A stretch of 64,000 bases of DNA from Candidatus Micrarchaeaceae archaeon (GTDB lineage: Archaea; Micrarchaeota; Micrarchaeia; Micrarchaeales; Micrarchaeaceae). The notes below the pieces were generated by a model. That model was not told the DNA's origin and did no database searches. It worked only from the letters and a program-made list of their open reading frames with translations. Location: assembly GCA_050749665.1 (NCBI GenBank), contig JBOGRY010000018.1, positions 152,206-216,205 of the forward strand, given 5' to 3'. The translations under genes and the position numbers were made by a program. Positions 18,766 to 26,061 of this stretch are shown piece by piece (within the stretch, counting starts at the first letter, position 1; each line of letters begins with the position of its first letter).

Positions 18766-20049
18766 CTATTTCCCCTTTATGATCTTCATCGCTTCATCGG
18801 TGTAAACAATCTCCTCCTTGCCTGTTACAAGGTTCCTTAGCTTCAGCTTGCCCAGGCGTTCCTCCTCGTCCCCTATTATTATAGCGTACTTGGTCCTTAT
18901 CGCGCTCGCATACGAGAACTGGTTTGACAGGTTCCTCAGCGCCATGTTCATCTCGGTCGGTATGCCGTTCGCCCTTAACGAATTCGCAACCTTCAGCGCG
19001 TACCTATAGTTGCCGTCGTTGACGTTTGCGACGAACACGTTGGCGTATGTGTACTCTATCGAAGATGAAAAGTCTAGTATCTCAAGTATCCTGTCTATGC
19101 CAAGGGATACGCCGACTGCAGGGAGCTTCTTGCTGCTGAAAACCCCTATGAGGTCGTCGTACCTGCCGCCTCCGCCTATAGATGCGGATGTCTCCCCCTT
19201 GCTCTTGCACTCGAATACGATGCCAGTATAATAATCCAATCCTCTTACTATGCAGAAGTCTATCCTTATCTCGCCCCTTATGCTGTAGCATCCGAGAAGG
19301 TCCAGCGTCTCCCTTATGTACTTTGTCGCATTGCCGTCCCCAAGGAGATTGTCTATATAGGAAAGCTTCTCGTCGTTGGTGCCGCCTACTGCGGTGAACG
19401 CCATTATCTGGTCTACCACTGAGCTTTCAAGGTTCAGGTCCATTAGCGCCTTTGACACCTCGGCCTCGCTTGACCTGTCAATCTTGTCAATGGTCCGCAT
19501 CACGTCCATGAAAAGATTTTCCGCAACGCCGAACTTTGCAAGCACTTTGTCCATTATGCCCCTGTCATTTATGCATATCTTGTAATCGAGGCCTATGTTG
19601 TCGAGTATTGTTGCGGCAACGGCGATGACGTCCGCATCCGCCTTGGGCTTGTCGCCCCCGACTATGTCTGCGTCTGCCTGCGTGACCTCCCTGTACCTTA
19701 GCCTCTGCGGCTCCTCCCTGCGCCATATCTTCCCTGTATAGTACCTCTTGAAGGGCATCGGGAGCTCCTGATGCATCGCCATGTACCTTGCGAGCGAAAC
19801 CGTGTTGTCGTACCTGAGCCCGAGCTGCTCATCCTTGAGCTCGTATATGAGCTTGACATCAGAGCCTATCGCGTTCTTGGCCCTGAGCACCTGCAGCGAC
19901 TCGAATGACGGCGTGTCTATTGAGGCATAGCCGAACAGCCTGAAAACACTCTCTATCCTTTCTATCAGCTCGTTCCTGAACAGCGCCTCGTTAGGGAGAA
20001 GGTCCCTTACGCCCCTAGGAAAAGGTATATCTGCCATAACATCAGTCAT
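18766..20049 (-). CDS. hisS: Histidine--tRNA ligase
   Basis: Class-II aaRS motifs are present: 'FRNELIERIESVFRLFGY', 'RYDNTVSLARY', 'RRE.PQRLRYREVTQAD' and 'GGGGRYDDLIG' (HisRS motif 3 region). An anticodon-binding C-terminus follows. Confidence 0.9.
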   Translation of the reverse strand: MTDVMADIPFPRGVRDLLPNEALFRNELIERIESVFRLFGYASIDTPSFESLQVLRAKNAIGSDVKLIYELKDEQLGLRYDNTVSLARYMAMHQELPMPFKRYYTGKIWRREEPQRLRYREVTQADADIVGGDKPKADADVIAVAATILDNIGLDYKICINDRGIMDKVLAKFGVAENLFMDVMRTIDKIDRSSEAEVSKALMDLNLESSVVDQIMAFTAVGGTNDEKLSYIDNLLGDGNATKYIRETLDLLGCYSIRGEIRIDFCIVRGLDYYTGIVFECKSKGETSASIGGGGRYDDLIGVFSSKKLPAVGVSLGIDRILEILDFSSSIEYTYANVFVANVNDGNYRYALKVANSLRANGIPTEMNMALRNLSNQFSYASAIRTKYAIIIGDEEERLGKLKLRNLVTGKEEIVYTDEAMKIIKGK

Positions 20050-20089
20050 TTATCAGTATCATTTACGTAATAAAGGATAAAAGAATAGG

Positions 20090-20410
20090 TCACATATTCT
20101 TGGATATCCACTTCTTGAACATCTCCTTCGGCACCGCCCCGACGTTCATGGCCTTGAGCTGCCCGTTCTCTATAAGAAGCGCCGTCGGTATGCTGCTGAT
20201 ATTGAACTTGGTGACAACGCTCTCGTTCTCGTCAGCGTTTATCTTTACGAACTTTATCTTGCCTTCGTATTCCTTGGCTACATCCTCTATTACCGGCGTG
20301 AACATCCTGCAAGGGCCGCACCACGGGGCCCAGACGTCGATTATTACCGGTATCTTTGAATTCAATACCTCCGCCTCGAAATTCGATTCTGCAACATCAA
20401 TTACGCTCAT
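20090..20410 (-). CDS. trx: Thioredoxin
   Basis: 106 aa. It has the 'WAPWCGPCR' active site and an 'IPT' cis-Pro loop. Confidence 0.9.
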   Translation of the reverse strand: MSVIDVAESNFEAEVLNSKIPVIIDVWAPWCGPCRMFTPVIEDVAKEYEGKIKFVKINADENESVVTKFNISSIPTALLIENGQLKAMNVGAVPKEMFKKWISKNM

Positions 20411-20538
20411 ATGGTCACCTTACAGCAGTAATTACTCATGTTAACTATAAATACATTTACGTAAACGCATCAATATGCTATAATAATCCACAATGTTTTT
20501 ATACGTTCAAAGGAAATATACATGAGTGGGGGATTGTT

Positions 20539-20928
20539 ATGGGCACTAAGGATTATGAGTGGAACTCATCCACGTTGAAGTACCTACGTGTAGGCAGAGT
20601 AAGCCTTGAATGCAACTCTAAAGGGCATTCAAACATCAAATACACCGTAAGGCTGCCGCCGGTTGACGCAGAGAAGATATCCTGCATGAAAAAGTTCGCA
20701 GAGGATATGTTGAGCGTGGAAATACCTGGCGCGAAAGTCGACGTGGAGGAACGCACTAACTACACGTATCCCCACGTAAATTTTACGGTAAGCCTTAACT
20801 GTAACAACATATACACCGAAACAGAATCCATGAAGCGCATGGAAAGCGTTGGCATGGCAATAGAGGACAAATATCTCCCTGACAGCGGCGCGCCTGTGGA
20901 TAATGAACAGGGTAAAGCCAAGCAATAA
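20539..20928 (+). CDS. Hypothetical protein (129 aa)
   Basis: Start placed at ATG 'MGTKDYEW', preceded by a G-rich SD-like 'GTGGGGGA'. The ORF-track start at 20356 would overlap the divergent thioredoxin gene. Confidence 0.4.
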   Translation: MGTKDYEWNSSTLKYLRVGRVSLECNSKGHSNIKYTVRLPPVDAEKISCMKKFAEDMLSVEIPGAKVDVEERTNYTYPHVNFTVSLNCNNIYTETESMKRMESVGMAIEDKYLPDSGAPVDNEQGKAKQ

Positions 20929-20939
20929 TACGATGTGGG

Positions 20940-21533
20940 CTAGCGCTTCCTGGTTAACGATGCCCTTATGAAACCGTCCTTCATGAGAACGCCCTTAAGC
21001 CTGAGCCCTGATGCTTTTGCGGCTTCCTTAAGCTCCACCTCAGTTACGGAGTGGTCTGATGCGATGCGGCGCCGCGCACCCTTAATTGAATTCCTATCGA
21101 ACTCATATATCCTTATCTCGCCGTTTTGGCTCAGATACGTCGAAAGATACCTTAGCGCATTGCGTTTCTCAGCCCAATGGTGGAATGACAATGTCGATAT
21201 TATAATGCCGAACCTCCCCTTAAATGGTACATGTCTGCTCGACCCCTGGGCCACTTCTATGCCTAGGCCCTTAGACCTCATCCTTGCAATCCTTACCATG
21301 TCGTATGAAGGGTCTACTGCGCATATTCTGCTTATACCGCCTAGTTTTGCAAGCGCTATGGGTACGTCGCCAGGGCCTGTGCCTACATCAAGCATGCTAT
21401 CGGTCTTATATGCCCCTATATCTTTTATGACGAAGGAGTAGAATCTTCTTATGTCAGGCAATCTTGTGCCTATAGTATAAAATAACGACGTAAAAAATCC
21501 GAAACGCTCCTCTTTCCCACTATAGCAGTCCAT
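20940..21533 (-). CDS. Class I SAM-dependent methyltransferase
   Basis: Motif I 'MLDVGTGPGDVPIALAK' is present, followed by 'IIISTLSFHHW' (motif II/III region). Confidence 0.7.
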   Translation of the reverse strand: MDCYSGKEERFGFFTSLFYTIGTRLPDIRRFYSFVIKDIGAYKTDSMLDVGTGPGDVPIALAKLGGISRICAVDPSYDMVRIARMRSKGLGIEVAQGSSRHVPFKGRFGIIISTLSFHHWAEKRNALRYLSTYLSQNGEIRIYEFDRNSIKGARRRIASDHSVTEVELKEAAKASGLRLKGVLMKDGFIRASLTRKR

Positions 21534-21544
21534 TTAATCGCACA

Positions 21545-21810
21545 AGTGGCAGAAAGCTGGCTTTGCATTGCGGAAACGATGCAAGTTTGCTGCACCTCAG
21601 CTCGGCCCTGTATCTTAAGAGCATAGCCAAAATATGCTTAAGGTTGCTCCTTCCGGCCTGGCCTGGTTCGCATACCAAGCTACCACCTAAGGCAAAACCT
21701 CACAGCCTAAGTGCAGGCCTGCATAATTCCCACAACACTCTGCCAGCATTGGCCCGCCGAAAAGGGATTTGCGGATGGGAAACCCTTAGCTTCCCGCCTT
21801 ATCTGCCAAT
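21545..21810 (-). ncRNA. ffs: Signal recognition particle RNA (7S/SRP RNA); ends approximate (+/- about 10 nt)
   Basis: The reverse strand contains 'CCAGGCCAGGCCGGAAGGAGCAACC'. That is the universally conserved helix-8 apex (compare E. coli 4.5S 'CCAGGUCAGGUCCGGAAGGAAGCAGCC' with its GGAA tetraloop). The 5' 'GGCAGA' (21807-21802) pairs with the 3' 'TCTGCC' (21553-21548). The region is GC-rich and highly self-complementary, about 265 nt, with no credible ORF. A TATA box lies about 25 nt upstream. Confidence 0.85.
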
Positions 21811-21826
21811 GATGATTACGTTTAGC

Positions 21827-21836
21827 ATATATTTAA
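21827..21836 (-). promoter_or_regulatory. TATA box (reverse strand TTAAATATAT) for the SRP RNA gene
   Basis: An A/T element matching the archaeal TATA consensus (TTTAWATA-like) is centred about 24-26 nt upstream of the predicted SRP RNA 5' end. Confidence 0.55.
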
Positions 21837-21940
21837 TAGTTTAATTTGCTGCATTATCGGGATAAATAAACTTACGTTACGTCATGCGGATGCGTCAGAT
21901 AGGGTTAAAAACGTTCATTTCGCTATAATTAAGTGGTGCA

Positions 21941-22324
21941 ATGCCAAAGAGAAGGAAAAAGAATATTCATGACTCAAAGAGCGCTGAGACGTGCCCGTGC
22001 GGCTGCTGCAAATGGCACAGCTCAGGAGCTGTAAGGGCATTGCTTGCGATAATGTTCGTGCTTATAGTCATTGCATTCGCCGCATCGCTTGTGTTCTCCT
22101 CAAACCAGTACTTCAGCACAAGCATACTGTCCTTCATGGGAGTGATATTCCTTATCGTATTCATAGGCTGGGTGTTCGGGTTCTTCTGCTCGTGCAGGGG
22201 AGTACACTGGTCAAGGCACGGCTTCAACATGCTTGATGAGTCAAGGATCGTACTCAAGAGAAGGTACGCAAACGGCGAGATAACCAAGAAGCAGTACGAA
22301 AGCATGATGAAGGACATAGAGTAG
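21941..22324 (+). CDS. Small membrane protein with a C-terminal SHOCT domain and an N-terminal Cys cluster
   Basis: 'CPCGCCKW' is followed by two TM helices. The C-terminal 'LKRRYANGEITKKQYESMMKDIE' matches the SHOCT motif. SD GGTG lies 4 nt before the ATG. Confidence 0.6.
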   Translation: MPKRRKKNIHDSKSAETCPCGCCKWHSSGAVRALLAIMFVLIVIAFAASLVFSSNQYFSTSILSFMGVIFLIVFIGWVFGFFCSCRGVHWSRHGFNMLDESRIVLKRRYANGEITKKQYESMMKDIE

Positions 22325-22380
22325 CCCATCCCGATTCAGCATGCATTATAAGCCTTAACTGGCTAATCCTATATGTTAAC

Positions 22381-22815
22381 TTGCAGTATACAGGTGTGAT
22401 ATTGAGCGAAGAGGAATACGAGAAACTTCTTGACAGGGCGTTCTCAAAGCTGCCCAACCTGTCTACCGAAAGGTCGGACTTCGTAATACCAGAAGCCGAT
22501 ATCCTAAACGAGGGAAGCAAGACCCTCATAAGGAACATATCAATAATAGCCGACAAGGCAAGGAGGAATCCCTCGGACATCGCAAGATACATAGGCAAGG
22601 AGTTCTCCGTGCCTGTGAACGTCGAGGAGCAGCGCCTGATAATCAACGGCAGGTTCTCGGCAGATGAAATACAGCGAAGGATAAGAAAATACTTCGAGAT
22701 GTATGTGGTATGCAAGGAGTGCAAGAAGCCTGACACGCACCTTGAGCAGGCGGAGAAAGGAATGAACCTCATATGCGAGGCATGCGGCGCAAGGTACTGG
22801 GTCAAGAACTACTAG
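22381..22815 (+). CDS. eif2b: Translation initiation factor aIF2 subunit beta
   Basis: 'EEEYEKLLDRAFSKLP' matches the aIF2-beta N-terminus. The C-terminal zinc ribbon is 'CKECKKPDTHL...LICEACGA'. Non-AUG start: TTG 22381, GTG 22396 or TTG 22402, the last being 5 nt after SD GGTG. Confidence 0.85.
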   Translation: MQYTGVILSEEEYEKLLDRAFSKLPNLSTERSDFVIPEADILNEGSKTLIRNISIIADKARRNPSDIARYIGKEFSVPVNVEEQRLIINGRFSADEIQRRIRKYFEMYVVCKECKKPDTHLEQAEKGMNLICEACGARYWVKNY

Positions 22816-23147
22816 GTGTTCAAATAAGGAGACGAGGAGGTAATTTCGATCAAAGAAGGGGCACGGCGGTAGAGAGCGAGCTGAAGACGCCCAAAGCAGG
22901 CGAGGTAATAGGCAAGGTATCAAGAATAGCTGGCGCTACCAAATTCTTCGTTAAGTGCAGCGACGACAAGGAGCGCCTGTGTACCATACCTGGAAGATTG
23001 AGAAGGGCATTTTGGATAAAGGAAGGCGATGTCGTAATAGTTAGGCCGTGGGTGGTGCAGACGGACGAGCGCGGCGACATAGTGTGGAGATACAGCATGC
23101 TGGACATAGGGCGGCTTAGGGACAGGAACATGCTAAGAAACGTCTGA
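22773..23147 (+). CDS. eif1a: Translation initiation factor aIF1A
   Basis: S1/OB core 'GEVIGKVSRIAGATKFFVKCSDDKERLCTIPGRLRRAFWIKEGDVVIVRPW' is present. The start is uncertain. The only canonical in-frame starts (ATG 22773 and 22782) overlap aIF2-beta by 34-43 nt, and a strong SD 'GGAGGT' (22835-22840) has no canonical start after it. Confidence 0.8.
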   Translation: MRGMRRKVLGQELLGVQIRRRGGNFDQRRGTAVESELKTPKAGEVIGKVSRIAGATKFFVKCSDDKERLCTIPGRLRRAFWIKEGDVVIVRPWVVQTDERGDIVWRYSMLDIGRLRDRNMLRNV

Positions 23148-23209
23148 CGGGCCGCGGCCGGCAGGTATCTATATTATACCCACATATATGAAAATGCAGA
23201 TTTTTGCAA

Positions 23210-23872
23210 ATGGGGGTAATGATGCATAAATACAACAACCGCTATCTAAACGACAATGAGAGCATCATTAGGCTAAGGCGCAGCATGGGTACCGAGATGT
23301 CAAAGAGAATGGACATGCTAAGAATGGAAGATACCAATGCATCAAACGTTCCCGCGCAGTACATAACCGAGAGCAAGAGGCTAAACCAAAATACCAAGGT
23401 GAAGAGCAACTACGAGGTTATATTCAAGAGGGCTTTCCTCGAGGCCGGCCATGATATGCTCTACGAGCCGCTTAAGCTGCCGGTAGGCAGGCTGGCGCAG
23501 CCGCTTGGCGGCATATATTCATACCTGCCTGATTTCATGATGCCCTACCACGTCGTGGACGGCAAGACCGTAATCATAGAGCCCCATGGGAGCAACATAC
23601 TCAACATGAACTACCTTAAGAAGATGATGACGGTAAGGGAAATGTACAATGTATACCTTGTGCTGTCAACGACGTCCAACTTCAAGATGTCGGCGATAAG
23701 TGAGGACAAGGCGCGCACGTTTGTCAACGAATTATGGTACATAGAGCAAGAGAAGATATGGGGCGTGTTGGGTGTGAGGCAGAACATGCGCCGGCTCATG
23801 GGCATGGCCAAGAAGACAGAGGACTCGCAAGTGGACAGGCTGCTTCACATAATCCGCAGCAGGAATGCCTAA
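23210..23872 (+). CDS. Hypothetical protein with a PD-(D/E)xK / DUF559-like nuclease core (tentative)
   Basis: 'EVIFKRAFLEAGHDMLYEP...YLPDFMMPYHVVDGKTVIIEPHG' resembles the Vsr/DUF559 pattern (E...L...G......Y.xDF......xxIExxG). The start is ambiguous (TTG 23204; ATG 23210, 23219 or 23222). Confidence 0.4.
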   Translation: MGVMMHKYNNRYLNDNESIIRLRRSMGTEMSKRMDMLRMEDTNASNVPAQYITESKRLNQNTKVKSNYEVIFKRAFLEAGHDMLYEPLKLPVGRLAQPLGGIYSYLPDFMMPYHVVDGKTVIIEPHGSNILNMNYLKKMMTVREMYNVYLVLSTTSNFKMSAISEDKARTFVNELWYIEQEKIWGVLGVRQNMRRLMGMAKKTEDSQVDRLLHIIRSRNA

Positions 23873-24363
23873 CTCTTATTCTTTATCTTCTCAGGATGCT
23901 CCTTCCTCAGCAGCGAGTGCGTGCCATGGTTGTGCTCCACCTCGCCAGATACGATTTCGCCATTGTATATTATGACGTTCCCGTCTATGGTCTCGTTTGC
24001 GTGCTTTATGGTGGTGCCGATCATGGTGGCGTTGCCCTTGACCACTGCTTTCCCGTATATATTCGAGTTGTCGCGTATTCTTGAGTCTCCTATCACCACT
24101 GCGTTGCCGTGCACCCTTGCGTTGCCGAAAACTACCGCTGCGCCGCCCACAAAGGCGTCATCATACACCTTTGCGTTGCCGTAAACCTTTGCGTTGCCGG
24201 ATATCCATGAATTACCGATTTGGCTCAGGTTGCCTCCATGTTCAACAAAGCCGCCTACCTCCCCCTTAATGACTATGCTTTTTCCGTTGTCGTCCTTAAA
24301 GGTACTAAGCGCGACTATCCTTCTAAGCACCCTCCTGTCAAAATGTATCTCCCTGTCCTTCAA
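23869..24363 (-). CDS. Hexapeptide-repeat (left-handed beta-helix-like) protein
   Basis: About 10 consecutive 6-residue repeats are present ('VYGNAK VYGNAK VYDDAF VGGAAV VFGNAR VHGNAV VIGDSR IRDNSN IYGKAV VKGNAT'). At DNA level these appear as an 18-nt tandem 'cctttgcgttgccg..' repeat around 24165-24205. Its 3' end overlaps the convergent upstream gene by 4 nt. Confidence 0.6.
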   Translation of the reverse strand: MKDREIHFDRRVLRRIVALSTFKDDNGKSIVIKGEVGGFVEHGGNLSQIGNSWISGNAKVYGNAKVYDDAFVGGAAVVFGNARVHGNAVVIGDSRIRDNSNIYGKAVVKGNATMIGTTIKHANETIDGNVIIYNGEIVSGEVEHNHGTHSLLRKEHPEKIKNKS

Positions 24364-24459
24364 TATTTCATATTTCTTATGGATAAAAACACCTCTTGTG
24401 AGACTTGGCTGCGCAGCAAACGCTAATGTGTGAAATCCGAACCGTAATCCTTTCCAGAA

Positions 24460-24606
24460 TCAGTTCTTCCTTATAAGTGACTTTACCTCTGTTGATGCGG
24501 CATACACTACTATGCCCGCAGCTGCGGCGTCAACGGCAACCTTCCCAGTAGACCTAAGTAGGCACTTGAGCTTGAGCTGCGATGCAACCATGCCTGCGAA
24601 TATCAT
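24460..24606 (-). CDS. Candidate small protein (48 aa), unknown function
   Basis: ATG at 24606 gives 'MIFAGMVASQLKLKCLLRSTGKVAVDAAAAGIVVYAASTEVKSLIRKN*'. A strong shared A/T TATA region (24630-24650) lies about 30-40 nt upstream. No homology recognised. Confidence 0.25.
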   Translation of the reverse strand: MIFAGMVASQLKLKCLLRSTGKVAVDAAAAGIVVYAASTEVKSLIRKN

Positions 24607-24682
24607 TTTCTCACTAATATATCTTATGCCTTAAAGATATATAAATTTTTCTGCATAATGCATAACATGGAATGGCGATGTA

Positions 24683-24853
24683 ATGAGCAATACAGCATCG
24701 AAAAAAGGTGACAATGCAGGGCGCTGCGGCACAGAGAACCGGAGCATGCTCCTAATGCTTAGGAGATACATGCCCGAGAAGGAGGATTCAGGTCCAGGAG
24801 TCGATTACCCGCACATGGCAGCACCCAAGTCCGGCGGCTTGGCGAAAAGATAG
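24683..24853 (+). CDS. Candidate small protein (56 aa), unknown function
   Basis: It is divergent from the 48-aa ORF and shares the same TATA-rich spacer ('AAAGATATATAAATTT'). The translation is 'MSNTASKKGDNAGRCGTENRSMLLMLRRYMPEKEDSGPGVDYPHMAAPKSGGLAKR*'. No homology recognised. Confidence 0.2.
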   Translation: MSNTASKKGDNAGRCGTENRSMLLMLRRYMPEKEDSGPGVDYPHMAAPKSGGLAKR

Positions 24854-24875
24854 ACGGCCTAATCGGTACAGTTCC

Positions 24876-25976
24876 TCATTTAGCCGTGCCGACAATACTG
24901 TTAAGTATGGTGAAATGCCCTGGTAGGAACAACTCGACGTACCCATGTTCCTTGTTGACCCCGAATTGGGCCTTACCCATATGGTTGAAGTCGGTGAGCT
25001 CCTTCTTCACCATCTCCACGCTGCCTGCCCCTAAGGTGTTATACTTTGTCTTAACTATCCACACCCATACGGGCTTCTTGCTTGGGTCCATGGATTCAAA
25101 ATCCACCGTTTCCGGTACCTGTAGCTTCGGGTTGAAGCTGTGCCATTCGAACAGCAGGCCGGTCCAGCCTCCCCCATCCATCGTGCCGCTCGAGTGCAAG
25201 TATATGTCGTTCCTTGAGCCTATAAAGGTGGTGCCGTGCGCCTTGAAGCTCGTTTTAGGCAGCAGGACATCATAGGTAACTGAATTGGTGCAAGATATGG
25301 TTATACTGCCCTTGCCTATGCTCATCGAAAGATCCAAGATGTCCTCATTCTTCACCTTGCCATTGCGCAGCGGCATTATGTAATTGCGTTTTATCCTATT
25401 TAGTGGATCCCATTCCTGGTACACCAGGCTGAAGCCTGGCAGTATCCTCGGGCTTCCGCCGTTCGGAGTAAAGACCTGCTGGTTGTAAGCATATCCGAAC
25501 TGGTAGAAGTAGCCATCATTGGTTACGCCGTTTATCAAGACAAGCGGCCCGAAGCCGTTCCTGTCCTTCTGGGTTGTGGCAGTAACGTAGTAAGATAAGC
25601 TTTTGGTATTGCTCCTGAATGTCTCGCCCATCATGAGGTCGTAATCGTCTCCTACCCTGGCGTTTGAGCTTCTGAGCCTAAGTTTCTCAGCCTTTCTCCC
25701 TATGTTAAGTACCTCAAGCGGCACCGTAGGGTTTGCAGCGCTCGAATGCATGCTTACAGTGACATCGGCAGGCCTGGATTTCCCAGAGGTCCCTCCGCGT
25801 GCATATGCATTTACGGAGTAAAGAGAAGCCGCCAACGCCACCACGGCCAATTTCACTGAATAGTCCTTGACATGCCTGAGCAGGCTGTGGGGCTTACGCC
25901 GCGCGTTTTCCCCTCTAAGCAGCGCATTGTCTTTGCCCTCAGATTTCTCCTCGTCTGCCGCCCTGCTGGTTTGCAT
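24876..25976 (-). CDS. Secreted hypothetical protein (366 aa), beta-rich
   Basis: Start placed at 'MQTSRAADEE...', about 25 nt after the TATA 'AGTATATATATC'. The signal-like segment is 'VKLAVVALAASLYSVNAYA'. The ORF-track start at 26087 would overlap the upstream gene. It lies directly downstream of the 915-aa pilin-like gene. Confidence 0.55.
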   Translation of the reverse strand: MQTSRAADEEKSEGKDNALLRGENARRKPHSLLRHVKDYSVKLAVVALAASLYSVNAYARGGTSGKSRPADVTVSMHSSAANPTVPLEVLNIGRKAEKLRLRSSNARVGDDYDLMMGETFRSNTKSLSYYVTATTQKDRNGFGPLVLINGVTNDGYFYQFGYAYNQQVFTPNGGSPRILPGFSLVYQEWDPLNRIKRNYIMPLRNGKVKNEDILDLSMSIGKGSITISCTNSVTYDVLLPKTSFKAHGTTFIGSRNDIYLHSSGTMDGGGWTGLLFEWHSFNPKLQVPETVDFESMDPSKKPVWVWIVKTKYNTLGAGSVEMVKKELTDFNHMGKAQFGVNKEHGYVELFLPGHFTILNSIVGTAK

Positions 25977-26061
25977 ACAATAAATATGGATGTCCAGATA
26001 TATATACTTGCATTTTCCATATTTTTGGAATAGTCCGTATAGGTGCACGCATCGGCTTTTC

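Noticed and set aside
21808-21817. 'AATGATGATT' resembling a C box of a C/D box sRNA, just upstream of the SRP RNA gene
   Set aside because: No D, D' or C' boxes (CTGA / TGATGA) occur at the appropriate spacing on that strand. The sequence falls between the SRP RNA TATA box and its 5' end.
21563-21844. 93-aa plus-strand ORF in the track
   Set aside because: It is antisense to the SRP RNA gene and has no start context or motifs.
24876-25976. Assignment of the 366-aa secreted protein to thermopsin (A5) or eqolisin (G1) acid peptidases
   Set aside because: Only loose resemblances exist ('LINGVTNDGYFYQFG', 'LLFEW'). The spacing between the would-be catalytic Gln and Glu does not fit G1, and I cannot align it to thermopsin from memory. 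It is left as hypothetical pending a profile search.
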